DNA of 64,000 nt, from NCBI GenBank assembly GCA_963840035.1, contig CAWIXE010000002.1:1440001-1504000 (forward strand), written 5' to 3'. The translations under genes were made by a program, and so were the position numbers. Shown here piece by piece: positions 57,326 through 64,000 of the stretch. This DNA is from a candidate division FCPU426 bacterium (GTDB lineage Bacteria; Oederibacteriota; PGYV01; Palsa-1178). How positions within the stretch are numbered: position 1 is the first letter of the stretch; each line of letters opens with the position of its first letter. The notes beneath the pieces are model-generated. The model made no database searches. It had not been told where the DNA came from and worked only from the letters and a program-made list of their open reading frames with translations.

Positions 57326-59284
57326 TTACCAAGTTATATCGTCAAAGTACCAGTTACCGGTTCCATCAGCGTCAGTGGGCACCGCAGAACCCTTATAAAC
57401 CTGATAATAAATCTTAAATATACTGGTTGTAGCAGCGGGAACTGTGTACGAAGTTGATATCCATCCGTCAGTTGTTCCATCCGCTGTATCATTGGCCCTC
57501 GTTAGTGCTACATAACCTCCCGAAACCTCTGCATAAGTTGTATTATTTTGAACATGTATCCCTAACATATATACATCCGTACTGCCTGTATAATTATCGA
57601 GTACAGCGTCCGGCGCTTTTATCCTTATCGTAACCACCTTGCCGCTAAAATCCGTAGCGGGAATTTCACGGACTATATTCATAACTGAATTCACCGGACT
57701 AAATACCCCGTTAACCCTCATTGAACCTTTTGGGGTTCCGTAACCCACGGTCGAATCCCACGATAAAGATGTCGCCGCGTTTTGTCCATAGAAGTTTGCT
57801 GTCTGCGCTGTGTCAAAGTGGTACTGCCCTTCTACGAACGGCGCTCCGAACTGGATTGTATCAAAATATATGGCTCCGGCAAAAGCATCATTCCACATAT
57901 TGATCCCTATTTCCTTGACATCCGCCGGATCAGTCGCGGTCGATCCGTCAAACCGCAGTTCTGTCCAGGTGCCTGCCGCAAAATAAATTTCAGGCCCCTC
58001 AACAGTAGTCCAGGTGCCGCCGCTTTTCACATATATCTTTCCGCCTTTATAACCCGGGTAGGTTAATGGCACCCAGACCCTTACATATATCCATTTGCCA
58101 GTAATGTCACGCGCTCCGGCAATACCAACTGATGCGCCGCCGGTGGCAGTATAGTTCATGTCCGCTTTAAGCGAATATGAGCCTGTAAACGCGTGGTCAG
58201 TAGATGCTGAAAGTCCCACAGTATATCCGGAAATTACCGACCATCCTTCAACTGTCGCGCTTTCAAAATCATACAGGTTCGGGTCCGGAGAATTTGTTAT
58301 TGTAACATCATCTATCTGTATAGGTCCGGAATAAGCGACCGCGCTGTTATTCCTGCTTATCATAACTCCGACTTCGGTAATACCCGCGGCATTTACCGTC
58401 CCGGCTTTGTCCACATCAAATGAAAACAACTGCCAGCCTGAAGCTGTAATATTGATCCACTGTGCGTTCCATCCGGGTGTTTTTGCCACAACCTGGATTC
58501 CATAACCCTGATTTGCGATTGCCACAGGGATATTAACCCATACATTTAAAGTCTTGCCTGTAAGGTTTATAGGGAATGCTGCAAGGTTGTAATAAACAAG
58601 TCCCTGTGCAGTTAATGACCCGGTGAAATCAAATGTCCCGTATATTGAACCAGAACCGGTATGCGCGTTTGCCGCATTACCGTCCCACGTTACCGCCGTG
58701 CAAGCAAGATCAGTCACTGTGTCATTTACCCAGCCCATAGAGTCAGATTCAAAATGCCAGTCCGGCCCGGTCGCGCTCATAGGTGTGTTCGTAGTGGTAG
58801 CTGTGGCAGTCGCCGTTGATGACGCAGTCTCTGTGTTTGACGAAGTTGCCGTGGGTGACTCTGAATTAGTTGCCGTGAATGTCGGAGACACTGAGAACGT
58901 AGGCGTGATGGTAGGCGTGTCAGTATCAGTGGATCCCGGAGGAACTTCAGTATTGGTTTCTGTCGCTGTTTTAGTAACAGTAAATGAAGGTGTCGGCGAG
59001 ACAGTCATAGTTGACGATGGCGTTGCTGTTTGCGTGGCGCTTGAAGTGACCGTCCTCGTGGAAGAAGGTGTGACAGTCCTTGAAGGCGTCGAAGTCCTTG
59101 TCCTTGTATTAGTCCCTGTTGATAGCATTGTGCTTGTTTTGGTGAATGTGGGGGTTACAGTGCGTGTGGACGTCGCGTTAATAGGCGCAAGCGGGTTTCT
59201 TTTTTTGCTGCAGGACGCTGAAAAAATTCCTCCCACAACTAATAATACGCATAATGAAGCAACTACAACTGTCCTGATTTTCAT
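57326..59284 (-). CDS. surface lipoprotein: long Thr/Ser/Pro stalk + three CBM-like domains
   Basis: Lipobox SASC-SKK; ~130-aa T/S/P stalk; repeated (H/D)FES...GW modules; last two domains paralogous to 54103-55191. Confidence 0.8.
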   Translation of the reverse strand: MKIRTVVVASLCVLLVVGGIFSASCSKKRNPLAPINATSTRTVTPTFTKTSTMLSTGTNTRTRTSTPSRTVTPSSTRTVTSSATQTATPSSTMTVSPTPSFTVTKTATETNTEVPPGSTDTDTPTITPTFSVSPTFTATNSESPTATSSNTETASSTATATATTTNTPMSATGPDWHFESDSMGWVNDTVTDLACTAVTWDGNAANAHTGSGSIYGTFDFTGSLTAQGLVYYNLAAFPINLTGKTLNVWVNIPVAIANQGYGIQVVAKTPGWNAQWINITASGWQLFSFDVDKAGTVNAAGITEVGVMISRNNSAVAYSGPIQIDDVTITNSPDPNLYDFESATVEGWSVISGYTVGLSASTDHAFTGSYSLKADMNYTATGGASVGIAGARDITGKWIYVRVWVPLTYPGYKGGKIYVKSGGTWTTVEGPEIYFAAGTWTELRFDGSTATDPADVKEIGINMWNDAFAGAIYFDTIQFGAPFVEGQYHFDTAQTANFYGQNAATSLSWDSTVGYGTPKGSMRVNGVFSPVNSVMNIVREIPATDFSGKVVTIRIKAPDAVLDNYTGSTDVYMLGIHVQNNTTYAEVSGGYVALTRANDTADGTTDGWISTSYTVPAATTSIFKIYYQVYKGSAVPTDADGTGNWYFDDITW

Positions 59285-59320
59285 AAACCCTCCTCAGAAT
59301 AAATATGACTGAACAAAACG

Positions 59321-59349
59321 ATTATACTTACGAAAACGCTTTTTGTCAA
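59321..59349 (-). promoter_or_regulatory. consensus sigma70 promoter TTGACA-17-TATAAT with AAAACGCTTT in the spacer
   Basis: -35 at 59344-59349, -10 at 59321-59326, motif at 59333-59342. Confidence 0.75.
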
Positions 59350-59409
59350 ATAGTTTTTATTGCCTCTAAAGTATATGCTAATCCAAAATCTAGAATCCAG
59401 AATCCGTTA

Positions 59410-60321
59410 TTATCTGTATTTAAAGCTTGTCTGTATCCTTAAAGTATTATCTAGCCTCTCAAAAGCATAAGAAGCGTCTAAATTCATGGAAAATTCCTTT
59501 TTCTGTCCGAACTGGAAGTGGCCTATGCCAAAACCGAGCATGTATTCCCTGTTTGATTCCATTGTCAATGCCTGCGAAAAACCGCAGCGCAGGTCTACAA
59601 TCCCAAACATCAATTTTTCAACGCCAACTTTGACCACGTCCAGGTCTGAAAGCGTTGCTGAAAGAGTCAAGTCCTTAACCCCGTATTTTATGCCTATGTC
59701 CGTTGTAAGCGCTGCGCCTTCCAGCGTGGTCGCGTTATCCGTGGTCCACCAAATGGCGGAGATCGCGTCACGCACCATCATACCAAGCTGTAATTCCGGC
59801 GTAACTGCCCAGAGCGCCCCAAAATCCACGCCTAATCCGCCCGCATGACCGGTTACCTTATCAGTACCTCCGCCGATGTTCGTGCCGTATCCGGCAAACT
59901 GCAGTTTAAAGTTAAATCCAAGGCATATTCCCTTTACAACCTGCTGCAGCCAGTCAAGTTTTGTAGCGGCGGCTATGCCAACGGTAGTTTCATTGTAAAG
60001 GCTGTCGCCGTCAACGATAACGCCGACGCCCGCTGCTATCATTTCATTAATCGGTATCCCGAGAGCCGCGTAATTATAAGGAATGATGTTTTTATACTTT
60101 GTATACATGAAGCTGAATTCCTTATACTCGGCGTTTATAAGCCCCGCCGGATTATAAAATACAGCCGACGCGTCATCTGCCACAGCCGTAAAAGCCCCGC
60201 CCATTCCGGTCGCCCTTGCCGTGCCTATGCTTATGAAGGAACCCGGGGTTGCCGGTATTGCACCCGCGCAAAACTGCGCCAGGCTTATTATTAAAAGTGC
60301 CGCTGCCAGTATTCTTTTCAT
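59410..60321 (-). CDS. PorV/PorQ-like (FadL-superfamily) outer-membrane beta-barrel
   Basis: Signal peptide then ARATGMGGAFTAVADDASAVFYNPAGL. Confidence 0.8.
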   Translation of the reverse strand: MKRILAAALLIISLAQFCAGAIPATPGSFISIGTARATGMGGAFTAVADDASAVFYNPAGLINAEYKEFSFMYTKYKNIIPYNYAALGIPINEMIAAGVGVIVDGDSLYNETTVGIAAATKLDWLQQVVKGICLGFNFKLQFAGYGTNIGGGTDKVTGHAGGLGVDFGALWAVTPELQLGMMVRDAISAIWWTTDNATTLEGAALTTDIGIKYGVKDLTLSATLSDLDVVKVGVEKLMFGIVDLRCGFSQALTMESNREYMLGFGIGHFQFGQKKEFSMNLDASYAFERLDNTLRIQTSFKYR

Positions 60322-60330
60322 GTTTTCCTC

Positions 60331-60729
60331 CTATTTCGCCAGCACTATGCTGAATAAATTCTGTTTTTTTCCTTTAAAATCTTCCACTTCAATCTTTAGT
60401 ATATACCTTCCGTTTTGGCAAAGTTTGCCTTTGCTGTCGCGTCCGTCCCAGGCATCATTATTTAACGATACCGCCGACCTTAACAATCCTCCGACAAGCG
60501 TCCTGATTTCCTTGCCGGCAAGGTTATATATGACTAACGTGGCCTTGATATTAGACGCTCCGGATTCAGTGTCAATCGTGTAGCTTATGTTCGTAACGCC
60601 CGCGCCTTTATGCGGTGAAAAAGGATTTGGCGAGATATCTACCGAACCAATGGCAAGCTTGCCGGCGCCGGCAAACACAGCAGAAAAGCAGGCCGCCATC
60701 ATGACTGAAATCATTAATATTTTTTTCAT
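60331..60729 (-). CDS. secreted stand-alone FlgD-Ig / T9SS CTD-like domain protein
   Basis: Signal peptide; PNPFSP, IYNLAGKEIRTL, WDGRD..G....NG.YIL. Confidence 0.8.
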   Translation of the reverse strand: MKKILMISVMMAACFSAVFAGAGKLAIGSVDISPNPFSPHKGAGVTNISYTIDTESGASNIKATLVIYNLAGKEIRTLVGGLLRSAVSLNNDAWDGRDSKGKLCQNGRYILKIEVEDFKGKKQNLFSIVLAK

Positions 60730-60744
60730 TTTTCCTCCAGTGAA

Positions 60745-62232
60745 TTAAAAAGTATATGTAATCGCGGTCTTAGCGATCGGCATCGGTACGGCAAGGACTT
60801 CTATCTCATATTTTATGTTGTCGCCCACCGGTATAACGCAGCCGGCTGAAAGCGTGGGTATGGCCGTCCATGAAATGGTTTTGTTGCCGTCTTTGGTCTT
60901 GCTCCAGATCCTGGCGTATATTGCGCCGCCACCTATCTGGAAATAGCTGAAATTCAGGCCGAGTCTTACATCGTCCATCATCTGAACGTGGTATTCACCG
61001 GACTTGTCAGGGTCAACAATATAATTGCCAAAACCGTCATTTTTCAGGGCGCTGTATTTTAAGGACAGGTCGTCAATGTAGCGGGTATAGTTCAGATTCA
61101 TTACCATTCCCGCCTTAAAAGCAAATGTTAATCTGAAAAACGACGGGAGCTTCATTTTAAGGGTGCCTTTTTGTTCAGCAGTACGTAACTCTGTTACTAT
61201 GTTTGAAACATCCATATTATAAGGTATCTGAGCAAGAAGCGCGTGATATGTCGCGTTAACATCGCCGGAAAATGTTATTTCCGGGGCCACGGAAAAATCC
61301 GCGCCAAGTTCAATAGTATCCTTAAGGAAATGATAGCTTGTTCCGAACCTTAAGCCCCATGCGTCACCAGACAGATTAACGGACCCGTACTGGGTCATGC
61401 TGTTATATGTAGCTGAGTTAAAATCAACCGTTGTACTGTTCTGATGGTTTGTCAGCGAGCCTTCCAGCCTGGCATCGGCCAACCCGCTTATGGAAGATTC
61501 ATAATGCTCAAGCACAGCGCCCACACCCCACTCGGGCGTGAATTTTCTTCCAATACCGACGGATGTAACAATATTTTTCATTTCAAGGCTTGCGGCTGTG
61601 TCCGCAGTTATAGTGACCGACATATTCACGTCAAAAGGCGGCGTTGTAAGCGGGTCAGAAATACCCACCAGCGTCCGAAGCCCATTTTGAAGGACGCTTA
61701 AATCCAGGGAAAGTTTGTTTTCCCTGGCAAAAGCAATCGATGCCTGGTTCTTCGCGAACGGCACCATTATCTCAAATCCCGTAAACCCGATCTGTTGTTC
61801 AAAATTTGCAGAAGCGTTACTCAATGTAAATTCAACCCCCGGCGCCACGTTAAAATCGCCCATTGAATCTGTCACGTTGGTTTTAAATCCGTCTTTTATC
61901 AGCGAAGCCACGCTCTTAGGCATAAACTTCTCAATTATACCGCTGGAAAAAATCGGAACCGGTATGTACCCTATGGAAGCTACTGCCGCGTTTTGAAATG
62001 AAAGACAGGCCGGGTTATATGATGTAAAACTCTGGTTGAAATCAAGGGTTGACTGGGCGCCGCCCATCCTTAGAGCATCGCCTCTGGAACCATAGAGCCA
62101 ATCCGTATTAAAGCCCATGTATACCTTAAAATCACCGCCGGTAAAGCTATTGATGGAAAACTTAGTGTCGGCAAAAAGGCTGCCGGCCATAAATGACAGG
62201 AAAATAAGAGAAATAATTGTTATTTTTTTCAT
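60745..62232 (-). CDS. large outer-membrane beta-barrel with PorV/FadL-like N-terminal motif
   Basis: Signal peptide; ALRMGGA...YNPACL; amphipathic strands; ends ITYTF. Confidence 0.65.
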   Translation of the reverse strand: MKKITIISLIFLSFMAGSLFADTKFSINSFTGGDFKVYMGFNTDWLYGSRGDALRMGGAQSTLDFNQSFTSYNPACLSFQNAAVASIGYIPVPIFSSGIIEKFMPKSVASLIKDGFKTNVTDSMGDFNVAPGVEFTLSNASANFEQQIGFTGFEIMVPFAKNQASIAFARENKLSLDLSVLQNGLRTLVGISDPLTTPPFDVNMSVTITADTAASLEMKNIVTSVGIGRKFTPEWGVGAVLEHYESSISGLADARLEGSLTNHQNSTTVDFNSATYNSMTQYGSVNLSGDAWGLRFGTSYHFLKDTIELGADFSVAPEITFSGDVNATYHALLAQIPYNMDVSNIVTELRTAEQKGTLKMKLPSFFRLTFAFKAGMVMNLNYTRYIDDLSLKYSALKNDGFGNYIVDPDKSGEYHVQMMDDVRLGLNFSYFQIGGGAIYARIWSKTKDGNKTISWTAIPTLSAGCVIPVGDNIKYEIEVLAVPMPIAKTAITYTF

Positions 62233-62373
62233 AAATCCTCCGTTTATAAGGTTTTTCCCTTGTTTATATATAATGAAATTATACCTTATTATATAGGGTT
62301 GTCAATATGGATTTAAAAACACCATTGACTATTGTCAATTGGCGATTGAATATTAAGGCCATAAATAGAAAAA

Positions 62374-62432
62374 GGATTGTGAATTCCACTGATAGTCCGC
62401 ACATGCAATGCAAGACCCGGAATCCACAACCC
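62374..62432 (-). other. long RNA hairpin followed by U-tract (terminator or small-RNA 3' end)
   Basis: GGGTTGTGGATTCC pairs with GGAATTCACAATCC using two G-U pairs available only on the minus strand, then TTTTTCTATTT. Confidence 0.55.
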
Positions 62433-62515
62433 GTATACCTCACCCCTATATCCATTCTTTAAATGCACTATTTGCCCTTAATTGTAAATTGAAAATAGAA
62501 AATTAAAAATCCGCC

Positions 62516-62875
62516 CTACTTATCCCCTTCCATAAAATCCAGTAATTCTGCCGTAATCAGTTTCTTATATATCTTCCCATACTCCTGTTTATGTATCCAT
62601 ACAGCCTCATCTATCGCGTGCCTTACATCGTCGTTATCATGCTCTATGATTTCCAGCTCATTATCCGCCCCTAATTTGTGTATTTTTAGCACATTTAGCT
62701 CCTCCAGGCGCAGGCATGTCTCTTTAAGCTTTGCCGCAGGAATCTTTAGCAGCTCGGATAAACGCGTGGCGTTTATCCTTTTCTGGTTATGATGCTTGTT
62801 ATAACATATTATACCCAATGCTTCCCTGGTGGATAATAGCTCCTTTAAGTCGGACTGGCTTTTGGAATCATCCAT
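62516..62875 (-). CDS. hypothetical protein, possible winged-helix domain
   Basis: GGCGGTG RBS; INATRLSELLKIP...LKETCLRLEELNVL resembles a wHTH. Confidence 0.65.
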   Translation of the reverse strand: MDDSKSQSDLKELLSTREALGIICYNKHHNQKRINATRLSELLKIPAAKLKETCLRLEELNVLKIHKLGADNELEIIEHDNDDVRHAIDEAVWIHKQEYGKIYKKLITAELLDFMEGDK

Positions 62876-63058
62876 AATAACACCGCCCTATTTGTATTTA
62901 CATATAGATTATACCTTAGCAACACGGTTATGTCAAGTTTTTTGTCAGTAATTAACTTTCTAACAAAAATACTAAAACTTACAAATCGTATTACTTCTTG
63001 TTAATACTTTTTTGGATTCTAATCCATACCCTCAATATGGATTGATGTGTTTTTCCCC

Positions 63059-63652
63059 TTATACCTTTGAAATCTCATTCCATAGTTCTATGGTTGACCT
63101 GTGAATTTTTAATCCGCTTTTTAAAAGGTAAATCATTTTTTCTTTTACAACATTTTTAACCAGCATATCCAGGCTTGTTTTCCTGACTTTTAAAAGTTTC
63201 CTGAGCCTTATTGAAGACATATACTTCCTGTTATATTCGGTATAATCCGCGACATATATTATTTTTTCAAGTCCGCTCATTTTAACGCTTCCGGCTGTAT
63301 GCTTTTTAATCGCCCGGAGTATTTCAGTGTCCTTAATCCCGAATATCAGTTTCGCCCCGTACGGTGCCGTAAAACTGTGCCATAATTCCTTTACCTGTTT
63401 TGAAACATCATCCATTTTTATGTCAAATTCTTTTATATATTTTTCAGCCTGCGGCCTGGTAAAATCCTTCGTGCAATCATGCACAAATCCGGCTATCGCG
63501 GCTTTTTCCGGGCTGTATCCGTATTTCTGCGCCAGATACGCCGCTGTTTTTGCCACGCCCACCGAATGCACATACCTTTTCCTGCTGATAAGCGCCCTTA
63601 ATTTTTTATCCATCGCCTTATTTATATAAGGCGTTATGTCCACATGCTTCAT
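63059..63652 (-). CDS. yqeK: HD-domain Ap4A hydrolase YqeK
   Basis: RYVHSVGVA, HDCTK, LWH, HTAG, IYVADYTE.NR; ATG 63652 overlaps the upstream stop. Confidence 0.88.
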   Translation of the reverse strand: MKHVDITPYINKAMDKKLRALISRKRYVHSVGVAKTAAYLAQKYGYSPEKAAIAGFVHDCTKDFTRPQAEKYIKEFDIKMDDVSKQVKELWHSFTAPYGAKLIFGIKDTEILRAIKKHTAGSVKMSGLEKIIYVADYTEYNRKYMSSIRLRKLLKVRKTSLDMLVKNVVKEKMIYLLKSGLKIHRSTIELWNEISKV

Positions 63653-63825
63653 TTTGCGGTTCTTAATATCCAGTACACGAGGAACATAAGCGGGATTAAT
63701 ATCAGTGTCGCCCTGAAGATAAGCCTTTTTGCGCGCTCCGAAAGCCCGAGCGCCCATATCCTGTGTTCATGTTCCGCGATGTCAAGTTTCTTCACAACTT
63801 TTTTAGCCTTTTTTGCCTTAGCCAT
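63649..63825 (-). CDS. small basic membrane protein (58 aa)
   Basis: GGAGGTG RBS; Lys-rich N-terminus, C-terminal TM helix; ATGA coupling to yqeK. Confidence 0.65.
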   Translation of the reverse strand: MAKAKKAKKVVKKLDIAEHEHRIWALGLSERAKRLIFRATLILIPLMFLVYWILRTAK

Positions 63826-63922
63826 CCGACACCTCCGTTTTATTCGCGCATCCGCAACAGTCAATGTATTTTACACATTTATCAGTAATTAGTCATTAGT
63901 AATTAGTAACTGTTTTTAAGAA

Positions 63923-64000
63923 CTACTCCTGAAGCGTGGTAAAGAGCACGCCTCTCATGACCTGTTTTTGGAATATGGCAAAGAGCACAATCGTGGGTAT
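63923..64000 (-). CDS. 3' end of a carbohydrate ABC permease (MalG-like), continues beyond the window
   Basis: IPTIVLFAIFQKQVMRGVLFTTLQE*, a typical MalG-type C-terminus. Confidence 0.7.
   Translation of the reverse strand: MPTIVLFAIFQKQVMRGVLFTTLQE

Overview
Gene-dense 64-kb chromosomal segment of a diderm bacterium (several outer-membrane beta-barrels, lipoproteins, roughly mid-range GC). The Thr/Pro-linker surface lipoproteins and PorV/FlgD-Ig genes are reminiscent of little-studied candidate phyla such as Ca. Goldbacteria; this is unverified inference. I found no rRNA, tRNA, CRISPR array, phage or transposase. Contents: acyl-CoA synthetase; two class III nucleotidyl cyclases (cyclase-STAND-TPR, and an FHA-cyclase with atypical specificity residues); a frameshift-split sensor kinase; rmuC; DUF47 with two Pit transporters and a four-unit Pho-box-like array; PASTA protein-rpe-ffh; peptide and sugar ABC transporters; a TetR-associated export operon with a duplicated permease pair; a split transketolase-like pair plus a RuBisCO-like protein; metF-crcB-DUF190-amidohydrolase; a glycan-related cluster (PorV-like barrels, stand-alone CTD/FlgD-Ig protein, CBM-like lipoproteins, Gfo/Idh/MocA and AP_endonuc_2 genes); yqeK. 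Intergenic DNA is full of nested REP/MITE/heptamer repeats. Top candidate for a little-described system: the three-gene operon at 47961-51147. Its KDDH-type RLP (R. rubrum MTRu-1P isomerase type) is paired with a transketolase lacking the usual substrate-binding His residues rather than with a cupin, suggesting ThDP-dependent processing of 1-methylthio-/1-deoxy-xylulose 5-phosphate in SAM by-product salvage. Other notable items: an RNA-polymerase-like sandwich-barrel-hybrid insert in a sugar ABC permease, a topoisomerase zinc-ribbon protein with an SSB-like tail, a possibly permuted GIY-YIG protein and a candidate LacI-type regulon.
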